This document shows positions 1-9,189 of a stretch of 32,000 nucleotides of DNA, piece by piece. Both the position numbers and the translations under genes were made by a program. Each line of letters begins with the position of its first letter. Positions within the stretch are counted from its first letter, which is position 1. The stretch lies in the NCBI RefSeq assembly GCF_003945235.1, contig NZ_RSDW01000001.1, forward strand, positions 3,300,001 through 3,332,000, written 5' to 3'. Under the pieces are notes generated by a model, which was not told where the DNA came from, ran no database searches, and saw only the letters and a program-made list of their open reading frames with translations. The DNA comes from Edaphobacter aggregans (lineage in GTDB: Bacteria; Acidobacteriota; Terriglobia; Terriglobales; Acidobacteriaceae).

Positions 1-2
1 AC

Positions 3-3000
3 ATGAATAATTTGGGAAGACGTGCGGTTGCACTGCTATCTTTTTGTGTCTTGCTGGGCCTTTCCAGTGGATTTCTTCGTGCACAGCAGGGGGATACGGC
101 CCTGTACGGAGGGATGAAATGGCGCTCGATCGGGCCGTTTCGCGCGGGTCGCGTCTCTGCCGTGGCAGGGATTGCGGGCAATGCGGCTATCTACTATATG
201 GGCAGTCCGGGTGGGGGCGTGTGGAAGACGGTGGACGGCGGGGTGGTGTGGACGCCGATCTTCGACCAGATGCATGTGGCGTCGATCGGGGCGATTGTGG
301 TCGCGCCGTCGAAGCCAGACGTGGTCTATGTGGGCACCGGCGATGTGAGCCTGGTCGGGGCAGCCGTGAACATGGGCAACGGGATCTACAAGTCTGTCGA
401 CGCGGGACGCACGTGGACTCATGTGGGGCTCGAGAATACGGAGCATATCGGCGCTATGTGGGTGGATCCCACGAATCCGGATGTGGTGGTGGTGGCGGCG
501 CTGGGGCGGACGTTCTCGCCGAATGCGGAGCGGGGGGTCTTCAAGACGACCGATGGCGGCAAGAGCTGGCGTAAGGTGCTCTACAAGGACGACGAGACGG
601 GCGCGATCGACGTGGTGTTTGCCGCGGATGACTCGAAGATAGGCTATGCCGCCATGTGGCACCATCTGGTGAAACCGGGGCAGACGCAAGACCTGATCAA
701 CGGCTCGAAGGGCGGAGCGATCTATAAGACGACCGATGGCGGCGAGACGTGGACGCCGATTGTTGCACCGGGTCTGCCGGCCGAGGGGTTGAGCCGCATC
801 GGCGTGGCGACGTCGCTGGGTGGCAAGCGTGTCTATGCGATTGTGGCGGCTATGGGCGGAAACGCCGGCTTTTATCGGTCCGACGACGGCGGTGCGAACT
901 GGATCAAGAGCACGACTGATCCGCGGGTGACCGGCAGCGGGTATTTCAGCAGGGTTTTCATTGATCCGAAGAATCCGGACGTTATTTATGTGGCGCAGAC
1001 TTCGCTTTACCGGTCGGAGGATGGCGGGCACACGTTCATCTCGTACAAGGGAGCGCCGGGCGGGGACGACAATCACGCGCTGTGGATCGATCCTACGGAT
1101 TCGACGCGCATGATCATGGCGAGCGATCAGGGCGCGACGATCAGCATGGACACCGGGAAGAGCTGGAGCTCCTGGTATAACCAGCCGACGGCCCAGATCT
1201 ATCACATGTCAACGGACAACCGGTTCCCCTACTGGGTCTACGGGACGCAGCAGGATAGCGGCAGCGTGGCTACGCTGAGCCGGGGGGATTATGGTGCGAT
1301 CACCTTCCTCGACTGGGATCCGGTGGCGGCCTATGAGTTCGGGTACATCGTGCCTGATCCTTCGAACCCGAACATGGTCTATGCGGGCGGGCCGGGACGT
1401 GGTTTGGTGCTGTTGAACCGCGCCAACCGACAGGTGCAGACGATCTCTCCGAACCTGAGCCGCGACGGCGACTATCGCATGGCGCAGAATCCGCCGTTGG
1501 CGTTTTCTCCGCAGGATGCGCATGTGTTTTACGAGGGCACGCAGTTCCTGATGGAGACGAGCGACGCCGGGACGAACTGGAAGAAGATCAGCCCTGACCT
1601 GACGGTCCGAGCCGGCAGCGAAGAGACGAACCGGAAGGAGAAAGAAGAGGCTGCATCGCACGCACAGCAGGACAGAAAGCTGAGAACGAAGGAGGCGAAC
1701 GAGACGCTGGCACAGCCGAATCGGAGCGCCATCAACACATTTGCTCCTTCGCCCGTGGCAAAGGGACAGATATGGGCAGGCACGACCAACGGCCTGGTGC
1801 AACTGACCAAGGACGACGGGGCGAGCTGGCAGCAGGTGTCTCCGCAGGGACTTACTCAGTTCACGATGATCAGCATCATCGAGGCTTCGCACTTCGACGC
1901 GGCTACAGCTTATGTTGCGGTTGACCGGCACGAGGAGGACGACTTCAAGCCGCATATCTATCGCACGCGCGATGCGGGCAAGAGTTGGGAGCAAACGGTC
2001 GCAGGTATCGCTGATGGAGATTTTGTTCGCGTGGTTCGCGAGGATCCGGTTCGCAAGGGTCTGCTGTACGCGGGAACGGAGAATGCGACGTATGTCTCCT
2101 TCGACGACGGTGAACACTGGAGTACGCTTCAACTGAACATGCCGACGACCTCAGTGAGGGATTTGCAGGTTCGAGGCAGCGATCTGGTGGCCGCGACGTA
2201 TGGACGTTCCTTCTGGATTCTGGATGATATAAGCCCTCTGCGGCAGATCGATGCGAAGACGGCGCAGCAGCAGACGGTGTTCTACCGGCCCGAGCGGGCT
2301 CTTCGGGTGCAGTTGGATCTGAATGGGGATACTCCGTTGCCACCAGAGATACCGGCTGGGCAGAATCCGCCGAACGGTGCGCTGCTGGATTTCTACCTGA
2401 AGACGGAGCCGACGGAGGATATCGCGCTCGCGATCTACGATAGCAAGGGCCAACTTGTTCGGGAGTTTTCGACGAAGGCAGAGACGCACACTGCAGAGCC
2501 GCCCCCCAATGTTCCGGACTACTGGCTGGGGCATCCGGAGCCGCTGACAAAGGTGGCTGGGATGAACCGATTCTTGTGGGATCTGCGCTATGCTCCGCCG
2601 TTGGCGCTACGGCATCAGTATGCAATCTCGGCGATGTATGGCAATACACCTGCGGAGCCACAAGGGGCGCTGGTAACGCCGGGTTTGTACGAAGTGCGGC
2701 TTACGGTGGGCAGCAAGCAGTATAAGCAGCCGCTTGAGGTCGTGATCGATCCGAGGATTGCGGTGTCGAAGGATGCGCTGGCGCGCCAGTTTGAGCTGGA
2801 ACGCAAGACGACCGACATGGTGACGCTGACCTACAACTACTATCATCAGGCGATCGCGTTGCGGGAAGCTATCACCGGGGCAGAGAAAAAGCTACAGAAC
2901 CAGGACGCCGAGTCGGTTGCTGCTTTGAAGGAGTTCGACCAGAAGGTGTTGCGACTGCAGGGCGCTGAGGGTCGCGGAGGCGGACCTCCTGCCGCCGGCC

Positions 3001-3281
3001 GGACGAAGCCCACGTTTGCACTGCTGAACGGCGAGTTCGGCTCGCTGGCGACCACGGTCGATAGTGCGGACAGCGATCCGACGCCGGTAATGGATGCGAC
3101 CTTTGGCGACTACTGCCGCGATCTGCTGAATGTAACGACGAGCTGGAATCAGTTGGTCAAGCAAGAGCTTCCGACGCTGAACGACACGCTGGAAAAACAG
3201 AAGATGTCGGCGCTGCCGGCGGGAACGATTGGAGCGCCAACGCAGTGTCCGTTACCTACCGATAATCGCGCTGCGAAATGA
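3..3281 (+). CDS. Exported BNR/Asp-box repeat protein, sortilin/VPS10- or GH74-like double beta-propeller (paralogue A)
   Basis: 1092-aa ORF starting at ATG 3. N-terminal signal peptide (MNNLGRRAVALLSFCVLLGLSSGFLRAQQ). About 10 Asp-box motifs of type S/TxDxGxTW (SVDAGRTW, TTDGGKSW, TTDGGETW, SDDGGANW, SEDGGHTF, SMDTGKSW, TSDAGTNW, TKDDGASW, TRDAGKSW, SFDDGEHW). Collinear by eye with the ORF at 11657-14869 over the whole length. Confidence 0.8.
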   Translation: MNNLGRRAVALLSFCVLLGLSSGFLRAQQGDTALYGGMKWRSIGPFRAGRVSAVAGIAGNAAIYYMGSPGGGVWKTVDGGVVWTPIFDQMHVASIGAIVVAPSKPDVVYVGTGDVSLVGAAVNMGNGIYKSVDAGRTWTHVGLENTEHIGAMWVDPTNPDVVVVAALGRTFSPNAERGVFKTTDGGKSWRKVLYKDDETGAIDVVFAADDSKIGYAAMWHHLVKPGQTQDLINGSKGGAIYKTTDGGETWTPIVAPGLPAEGLSRIGVATSLGGKRVYAIVAAMGGNAGFYRSDDGGANWIKSTTDPRVTGSGYFSRVFIDPKNPDVIYVAQTSLYRSEDGGHTFISYKGAPGGDDNHALWIDPTDSTRMIMASDQGATISMDTGKSWSSWYNQPTAQIYHMSTDNRFPYWVYGTQQDSGSVATLSRGDYGAITFLDWDPVAAYEFGYIVPDPSNPNMVYAGGPGRGLVLLNRANRQVQTISPNLSRDGDYRMAQNPPLAFSPQDAHVFYEGTQFLMETSDAGTNWKKISPDLTVRAGSEETNRKEKEEAASHAQQDRKLRTKEANETLAQPNRSAINTFAPSPVAKGQIWAGTTNGLVQLTKDDGASWQQVSPQGLTQFTMISIIEASHFDAATAYVAVDRHEEDDFKPHIYRTRDAGKSWEQTVAGIADGDFVRVVREDPVRKGLLYAGTENATYVSFDDGEHWSTLQLNMPTTSVRDLQVRGSDLVAATYGRSFWILDDISPLRQIDAKTAQQQTVFYRPERALRVQLDLNGDTPLPPEIPAGQNPPNGALLDFYLKTEPTEDIALAIYDSKGQLVREFSTKAETHTAEPPPNVPDYWLGHPEPLTKVAGMNRFLWDLRYAPPLALRHQYAISAMYGNTPAEPQGALVTPGLYEVRLTVGSKQYKQPLEVVIDPRIAVSKDALARQFELERKTTDMVTLTYNYYHQAIALREAITGAEKKLQNQDAESVAALKEFDQKVLRLQGAEGRGGGPPAAGRTKPTFALLNGEFGSLATTVDSADSDPTPVMDATFGDYCRDLLNVTTSWNQLVKQELPTLNDTLEKQKMSALPAGTIGAPTQCPLPTDNRAAK

Positions 3282-3493
3282 TTTTGTTTCATCAGTAAAT
3301 TATTCCATTTGTTAATTTGCTTCTTTGTGTTATTCACTGAATATCCAAATTTTTCGTTTTCGCGTTGAGGTTCTCCAAGAGACCCAACGTCAACACCAAC
3401 TCAGCACGTCCACGACTGAGCGCTGAAAGTGTCAGTGAACTCTTATTCCCAGGCACGGCAGTACTTACTTGAAGCATCTGGAGGCTCTTCATC

Positions 3494-6400
3494 ATGAAAT
3501 GCAGTAATCTCCTTAAGATCGCAGGAGCGTTTTTCCTGTGTGTCTCCATGTCACTTGCACAAACGAGTACGACCGGTGCTGTGAACGGTACGATTGCGGA
3601 CGCGTCCGGCGCCATTGTTCCTGGGGCTACCGTTATCTTGTTTAATCCTGCGACGGGAACGACGCAGACGGTAAAGAGCAGTGCTTCCGGTACGTATCGG
3701 TTCGAGTTGATCCCTCCGGGCGACTACGTATTGCGGGTGGATCAGGCGGGATTTGCCAAGCTTGAGTCAAAAATTACAGTGAGCAATGCACAGGTGCTTG
3801 GAGCTGACCTGAAGCTGCAGGTGGGCAGCGAAACGACGACAATCGACGTTGAATCCGTGGCCACGACGTTGCAGACGGAAAACGGAAACGTGGCAACCAA
3901 TGTAAGCCGGAAGCAGATCGAAGAGGTTCCGAACTCCGGCAATAACATGACGTATGTGACGCGCATTACGCCGGGTATGGGCACAGGCTTCGGTGTTTCG
4001 GGAAGCACGACGCTTTATACGGTGGACGGCATGATGAATAACGATCCGTATAACAACTCGAATAACTCCGGCGCTTCGAACCTGATGCTTGGCATCAATG
4101 ACGTGGAAGAGGCGACGGTCACCGGTAACGGGTACTCGGGGCAATTTGGCGGCCTTGTGGGCGCGCAGGTTAGCTTTGTGACCAAGAGCGGCGGCAACCG
4201 GATGCATGGTGATGCCTCGTGGTTCTGGACCGGTCGCTCTCTGGTTGCGAACAACTGGTTTAACAACCACAACGGCACTCCCCGGCCATTTGAGAATGCA
4301 AACGAGTGGTCAGCCGCCATCAGCGGTCCGGCGATCAAGGACAGGCTGTTCTTTTATGTAGATACAGAAGGTCTGCGCGCCGTTCTGCCGTCAGCATCGA
4401 CCGGCATTTTGCTTCCGTCGCAGAATCTGCAGAACTACACTCTCTCGACTCTTGCCGCGAAGGGCCTGTCAAATTCGGTTCCTTATTACAAGAACATGTT
4501 TTCTATCTATAACGCGGCTGCCGCAGCACATAATGCTGTGCCGGGAAATCCAACAGCTGTAAACAATGCTGCAAATCCGACGGCGACAAGCACTGGTTGC
4601 CCGAGTGCTCCGAGTCTTACGGCAGGGGAGATCGCAGGGCTGGGTACAGCAGCAGGCGCCTGCACGGTCTTCTATCAGGGATCTGCGACTAACTTCGCTA
4701 ACGAGTGGTTGCTCATCGCGCGAGCCGACGCTGTTCTGGGGCCGCGTGACAGAGGCTTTATTCGCTACGAACATGACACCGGGAGCCAGCCAACTACGAC
4801 CGACCAGATCAACCCGCTGTTCAGCGCGATCAGCATTCAGCCCCAGCACTCTGGGCAGGTCAACGAGACCCATAACTTCGGGGCGCGTGCGGTGAACAAT
4901 CTGATCGTCACCGGCCTGTGGTATGGAGCGCTCTTTGGACCGTCGAATCTGCCGGCCACACTGGCGCTCTATCCGGCGCAGATGTCGTTCAGCGACAGCT
5001 CGCTTACCGGCCTGGGTGGTACGAACGCCTCGTTCCCTACCGGACGTAATATCACAACGATGCAGTTGCAGGATGACGTGGCAATCGATGCAGGCAGCCA
5101 TACGATCAAGTTTGGCGGTCGCGCATACCTGATCAAGGAGAACGACCACTACTTCACGGCAGGAACGGTGCCGTTGCAGACAGTGTCCACGCTCGGCGCC
5201 TTTATCAATGGAGGAAGCGACGGGTCGAATACCACGACGTTCGCTCAGTCGTTCGTTACCAAGCCAAACCACCCGATCATGTATGACCAGCTTGGCTTCT
5301 ATGTGGAAGATGACTGGAAGGCGCGCCGGGACTTCAACATGACCTTTGCCCTGCGGATCGAGCACCAGGGGAACGTCAAGTGTCTGGATAACTGCCTGAC
5401 CCTGCCGTTACAGCCGTTTCCAACGTTGACTCACTCCGCGGCCACCCCTTATAACCAAGCACTCGCCTTCAACCAGAAGGAAGTCCTTCCTGGATTGCAG
5501 GGGGTTGAATGGGAGCCACGTGTTGGGTTCTCCTATAACCCGCCAATTCTGCACGATACGCTTGTAGTTCGTGGCGGAGCCGGTATCTTCTTTGATGGAT
5601 TGCCTGGCAATATCGTGGAATCCATCGTCAAGAACTCCCCGGTGAAGAATACCTTCAAGCCTTCCGGAGATAACATCGCGTCGACGGAGACCTCTAACCT
5701 TTTCAACGATGCAGCTGCATTGAACACAGCGTTCAGCGGCAACATCGTGAACGGTGGAACGGTTGCATCCATCAAGGCCAGCTTGCCGACGGCGCTGCAG
5801 CCATTCTTCACGCCGCCGGGGTTGTATGGTCCTCAGAACAACTTCAAGATCTACCAGATATACAAGTGGAATCTTGAGGTGCAGAAGTCGTTCGGTAAAG
5901 GAACGACCGTTTCTATGAACTACCTGGGCAACCACGGCATCAACAAGCCGTATACCAACGCGGGCCTGAATGCTTACTCGACCACAATCGCCGGTCTACC
6001 GACATCGGCACCGGATACGCGGTTCGGGCAGGTGAACTACATTGTGTCCGGAGGCATGTCGAACTACAACGGTTTGATCGCGACCTTCACGCAGCGGTTC
6101 CGTGGCGGTAGCGTCTTCACAGCCGGCTACACCTATGGCAAGTCGATGGACACGACGACGACAGGCCTTAGCTCCACGACGACAGGCACGACGGATATCG
6201 CGTCGTCTGTCGACCCGTACAATCCCACCCGGTATGCTCCGGCTTCCTCGGACATCCGCAACTACCTGACGCTGAATTACGTATATAAAGTCCCGTTCAA
6301 GAACGCGTTTTATGGCGGATGGCAAGTCGCCGGAGCGGCCTTTATCTACTCGGGCCTTCCCTTCACCGTCGTTGACTCGGCAGCAACAGCCAAGATCAAC

Positions 6401-6844
6401 GGTTCGGCGAGCTCGGGCGGTTTCTATGGCGGTACGTTGATTGCAAACTATAACTACAGCGGAGAGGCTGCGTGCAGCCGTGCATATCAAGCTAACCCCT
6501 GCTTGACAGCTTCGCAGTTTCCCATCGGAACGAATGGTCTGCACACTTCAAGCGTCTCGTCCAACGGGCCACGTAACGCATTCCGCGGTCCCGACTATAT
6601 CAGCACCGACCTCAGCATCATGAAGGAGATTCCGTTGCACTTTGAAGGTGGTGTGTTCAGCTTTGGGGCGCAGGCCTACAATGTTCTGAACCATCCTAAC
6701 TTCTCACGTCCGACCACGAGTTCGTTCACCTCGACGAGCTTTGGCACCATCACTTCGATGGTGAATCCAGCGGGCGTCTTCAGCGGAGTGAGTGGTGACG
6801 ATTCGCCACGCATTGTGCAGATCAAGACCAAGCTCGTCTTCTAG
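3494..6844 (+). CDS. TonB-dependent outer-membrane receptor with N-terminal carboxypeptidase-regulatory-like domain (TBDR1)
   Basis: 1116-aa ORF. GGAGG lies 9 nt upstream of ATG 3494. Signal peptide ends ...SMSLAQ|T. It is followed by a CarboxypepD_reg-like segment (GAVNGTIADASGAIVPGATVILFN), a plug-like region (YTVDGMMNNDPYN) and a long Gly/Asn/Tyr/Thr-rich barrel. The C-terminus is ...KTKLVF, with the terminal Phe typical of OM beta-barrels. Confidence 0.85.
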   Translation: MKCSNLLKIAGAFFLCVSMSLAQTSTTGAVNGTIADASGAIVPGATVILFNPATGTTQTVKSSASGTYRFELIPPGDYVLRVDQAGFAKLESKITVSNAQVLGADLKLQVGSETTTIDVESVATTLQTENGNVATNVSRKQIEEVPNSGNNMTYVTRITPGMGTGFGVSGSTTLYTVDGMMNNDPYNNSNNSGASNLMLGINDVEEATVTGNGYSGQFGGLVGAQVSFVTKSGGNRMHGDASWFWTGRSLVANNWFNNHNGTPRPFENANEWSAAISGPAIKDRLFFYVDTEGLRAVLPSASTGILLPSQNLQNYTLSTLAAKGLSNSVPYYKNMFSIYNAAAAAHNAVPGNPTAVNNAANPTATSTGCPSAPSLTAGEIAGLGTAAGACTVFYQGSATNFANEWLLIARADAVLGPRDRGFIRYEHDTGSQPTTTDQINPLFSAISIQPQHSGQVNETHNFGARAVNNLIVTGLWYGALFGPSNLPATLALYPAQMSFSDSSLTGLGGTNASFPTGRNITTMQLQDDVAIDAGSHTIKFGGRAYLIKENDHYFTAGTVPLQTVSTLGAFINGGSDGSNTTTFAQSFVTKPNHPIMYDQLGFYVEDDWKARRDFNMTFALRIEHQGNVKCLDNCLTLPLQPFPTLTHSAATPYNQALAFNQKEVLPGLQGVEWEPRVGFSYNPPILHDTLVVRGGAGIFFDGLPGNIVESIVKNSPVKNTFKPSGDNIASTETSNLFNDAAALNTAFSGNIVNGGTVASIKASLPTALQPFFTPPGLYGPQNNFKIYQIYKWNLEVQKSFGKGTTVSMNYLGNHGINKPYTNAGLNAYSTTIAGLPTSAPDTRFGQVNYIVSGGMSNYNGLIATFTQRFRGGSVFTAGYTYGKSMDTTTTGLSSTTTGTTDIASSVDPYNPTRYAPASSDIRNYLTLNYVYKVPFKNAFYGGWQVAGAAFIYSGLPFTVVDSAATAKINGSASSGGFYGGTLIANYNYSGEAACSRAYQANPCLTASQFPIGTNGLHTSSVSSNGPRNAFRGPDYISTDLSIMKEIPLHFEGGVFSFGAQAYNVLNHPNFSRPTTSSFTSTSFGTITSMVNPAGVFSGVSGDDSPRIVQIKTKLVF

Positions 6845-6871
6845 AAGAAGAGTAGGGTTTGTTTCAATTGG

Positions 6872-6906
6872 AAACGGCAGTCCATTATGGGCTGCCGTTT
6901 TATTTG
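6872..6906. terminator. Bidirectional intrinsic terminator between convergent genes
   Basis: Perfect 9-bp stem AAACGGCAG / CTGCCGTTT with an 11-nt loop, followed by TATTTG on the + strand and flanked by an A/T run on the other side. It sits between the stop of the + strand TBDR (6844) and the stop of the - strand gene (6927). Confidence 0.7.
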
Positions 6907-6926
6907 CAGTATAGGAGGGACTTCGT

Positions 6927-7505
6927 TTAGTTGGAGGTGCTTGCCGGTGTAGCGCGGAATCCAGTGCTACGCAACCGGTAGCGGACTGCAGCGGCTGCGA
7001 AGGTTATGAGCGAGGAGACTTCGACAAAGACTTTGCCTCCGTCGAGCAGGTCTGGATGCCCATCCTTAAGGAGCGGGTCAGTAAGAATGCTGTGCAGGAA
7101 GAAGAGCGCGGCTGCGGGAAAGACGAGGTAGTGGAGATTTCGCCAGAGCGGGCGGCCGATCCGGGTGCGAAGGAGGGAGCTGAGGAGGACCAGCAAGAGT
7201 AAATAGAGAGCAGCGGCTCCTGCGAGATTGAGTTTCGGCTGGAGGGGCGAATGGATGGGCCAGAGGATGTCGATTACGCGAAAGTGCGGCTCATGCAGGA
7301 AGAGCAAGACCACGGGGTGCGTGAGGGTGAGCGCAACGGCGGCGTAGGCGGTCCATTGGTGGAGCGCGAAGATGTTCATGCGGCGATGAGGCCATTGGCG
7401 CAGCGGGCTGTATCGCAACGCGATCATCATGCCCAACAGCATATTGAGTGCCGCAGCACCGACAGCGCCGAGACCGAGGTAGGCGCATAGATCAAGAATG
7501 GTCAT
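6927..7505 (-). CDS. Stand-alone ferric-reductase-type (NOX/FRE-like) di-haem transmembrane protein, no flavin/NAD(P)H domain
   Basis: I trimmed the ORF-track start (7643) to ATG 7505, which is preceded by GGAG and lies downstream of the upstream gene's stop at 7565. The protein is about 192 aa with about 5 hydrophobic helices. Two helices carry His pairs with the bis-haem spacing: LHQWTAYAAVALTLTH (H-x13-H) and LHYLVFPAAALFFLH (H-x12-H). Confidence 0.6.
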   Translation of the reverse strand: MTILDLCAYLGLGAVGAAALNMLLGMMIALRYSPLRQWPHRRMNIFALHQWTAYAAVALTLTHPVVLLFLHEPHFRVIDILWPIHSPLQPKLNLAGAAALYLLLLVLLSSLLRTRIGRPLWRNLHYLVFPAAALFFLHSILTDPLLKDGHPDLLDGGKVFVEVSSLITFAAAAVRYRLRSTGFRATPASTSN

Positions 7506-7564
7506 AAAACTCCATGGCGGGGTGGGGATTGCTGCTTCCGGTTCAGTCGACGGTAATCCTCGTC

Positions 7565-8542
7565 TTATCCAAGATGCAGGAGACGTTCGGAAACGTTCCG
7601 CAGCCATGGCGACAGAGATGCGATGACGAGAGCGGCGCCGCATACCATGGCTGAAAGAGTCAGGATCGTCGAGAGGCGGCGTTGGGGGCTGGAAGTGGGG
7701 AACCTCTGAATGAGACGGTCGATGCGTACCGCAAACTCGGACTCTCCGCAGACGAGCCCGGTACAGATCATCGCGGGGTCAGGCGTGGTAGCCCGACGCG
7801 TCAAGGCGACCAAGGTTTCGGCGAGCAGGAAGGCGCGCGTACTATCACCCCGCACGGCATCGTCATCAGCGGCCCACTCCGCGGCATTTTGCCAGAGACG
7901 CATCCACGTGCTGCCAGCCGGCAATCTGAGGCTGAGTCTCGGAATGACATGGAGAGAGAAGAGCTTCCAGTTGTCGCGGTGTAACGCGTGGGAACGCTCG
8001 TGGTCGAGCACTACATCGAGGGCCAGAGCGCTCAGACTGCCATCTTCCATTAGATTCTGTGAGATACAGACGAAGGGGTTGTAGAGGCCAACCAAGGCGA
8101 CTCGATGCGCAGGCTCTTGAAGGGTGTAGATGGGGGTCTGATTGTGGGCGTGGGTTAAGCTCTGCCCGGAGCGCCTGCAGGCCTGGCTGAAGTGTATGGT
8201 TCTGGCCGCGATGCGGAGGCTGCGGAGGGCGGCGAATCCAAACCAGGCACAGACGATGGCCGCAAGAAGAAGGCAGAGCCAGCCGACCGTCTCCGGCGCA
8301 AGGTTTGTCTCGGTGTGAAGATACTGCGGGACACAAAAGAAGCCAGTTAGCAGCACTGCGACGAGGAAAGGCGCGACTTGCAGCAGGTAAAGGAGGCGCT
8401 CATGCTGTCTGACGGGCAGGGATGCCAGCAGGCGCTGAAGGAGGGGGGCGCCTGCCCAAAGGATGAGTTCGAGCGTGGTCTGCAGGATGCCTATGCTAAC
8501 CACAATAAGGCAGGCCAGACGGAGGGTATACGAGAGAACCAT
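7565..8542 (-). CDS. M56-family (BlaR1/MecR1-type) membrane zinc metalloprotease lacking an extracytoplasmic sensor domain
   Basis: HExxH motif in VLDHERSHALHRDNW, with EWAADDD downstream (the usual M56 'E..ACD' region). There are three TM helices before the protease loop and one after it (LSTILTLSAMVCGAALVIASL), and only about 13 residues follow that last helix. I chose ATG 8542 as the start, with GGAGG 9-13 nt upstream, 1 nt after the upstream gene's stop. The ORF-track TTG at 8578 would overlap that gene. Confidence 0.75.
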   Translation of the reverse strand: MVLSYTLRLACLIVVSIGILQTTLELILWAGAPLLQRLLASLPVRQHERLLYLLQVAPFLVAVLLTGFFCVPQYLHTETNLAPETVGWLCLLLAAIVCAWFGFAALRSLRIAARTIHFSQACRRSGQSLTHAHNQTPIYTLQEPAHRVALVGLYNPFVCISQNLMEDGSLSALALDVVLDHERSHALHRDNWKLFSLHVIPRLSLRLPAGSTWMRLWQNAAEWAADDDAVRGDSTRAFLLAETLVALTRRATTPDPAMICTGLVCGESEFAVRIDRLIQRFPTSSPQRRLSTILTLSAMVCGAALVIASLSPWLRNVSERLLHLG

Positions 8543-8543
8543 G

Positions 8544-9035
8544 TCAGGAGCCTCCGTCAGGTTCAGGGTCGGACCCAAGGTAGTTGGCGCGTGCGGATCG
8601 AATCTTGGACTCTAACTGGTCGAGCATGCCGGTGTCGTAATGATGGACAGCGTCGACCAGGCATGATAGCAACATATCGGGCCGCTCCCCTGAATCGGAG
8701 AAGTAGCGACGGATCAGGTCCGAGGCGCGCCGTTCCTCGATCTCCCTGGCAGTGAGGTGCGCGGAATAGATGAACGCGCGGTCCTTCTTTTCGCGGTGCA
8801 GGAGGCCTTTTTTGAAGAGACGATCGAGGGTCGTCATCACGGTGGTGTAGGCCAACGCCGTGCTTAGACGCTCCGCTACCTGCTGAACATTGGCATTACC
8901 CTGAGATCGGAGTACCGACAGGACTTCCCGTTCCCTCCGGCCTAATCCCCATGCGGGCTGCTTTGAGCCGGAACCTGGGGTGGAGGGTTCCCCCTGTTGC
9001 GGCTGGGTTTCGGGATTTTTACTCGAGTCAGCCAT
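8544..9035 (-). CDS. BlaI/MecI/CopY-family winged-helix transcriptional repressor with a Pro/Gln/Ser-rich N-terminal extension
   Basis: 163 aa. The core REREVLSVLRSQGNANVQQVAERLSTALAYTTVMTTLDRLFKKGLLHREKKDRAFIYSA matches the BlaI-family wHTH pattern. It lies directly upstream of, and is translationally coupled to, an M56 protease gene. About 30 low-complexity residues precede the domain. Confidence 0.8.
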   Translation of the reverse strand: MADSSKNPETQPQQGEPSTPGSGSKQPAWGLGRREREVLSVLRSQGNANVQQVAERLSTALAYTTVMTTLDRLFKKGLLHREKKDRAFIYSAHLTAREIEERRASDLIRRYFSDSGERPDMLLSCLVDAVHHYDTGMLDQLESKIRSARANYLGSDPEPDGGS

Positions 9036-9175
9036 TTCGATTGATCCAGTGAAGACGATGCCAAGGATGCCTCGGAGACGTTTCCGGACGGCTAAAAGTT
9101 TCGTGTCCCACTGGATTAGCCCGACACAAATTTAGACGGTTGAAGTCCTCAGCGCAGGCCAAAAGATGGGCTATA

Positions 9176-9189
9176 TTGAATTTGTTCAA
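9176..9189. promoter_or_regulatory. Palindrome TTGAA-N4-TTCAA (TTGA-N6-TCAA core) in the divergent blaI-like / M28 peptidase promoter region
   Basis: Perfect 5+5 inverted repeat about 45 nt upstream of the M28 peptidase start codon. Its core equals the TTGA-N6-TCAA core of Crp/Fnr-type boxes. It could alternatively be the BlaI-family operator. Confidence 0.25.

Noticed and set aside
3282-3493. A Fur box or a cobalamin riboswitch upstream of TBDR1, and likewise upstream of TBDR2.
   Set aside because: The spacer is AT-rich (TAAATTATTCCATTTGTTAATTT), but it gives only a poor match to the 19-bp Fur consensus as I recall it. I saw no B12-box-like element or multi-stem riboswitch architecture.
7506-7643. 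N-terminal extension of the FRD-like ORF (MRRRSRHRISVAMAAERF...). A similar TTG-initiated extension affects the M56 ORF (8543-8578).
   Set aside because: Both extensions overlap the 3' end of the upstream gene and are Arg-rich or non-hydrophobic. Internal ATGs with good Shine-Dalgarno sequences (7505 and 8542) start right at the first TM helix.
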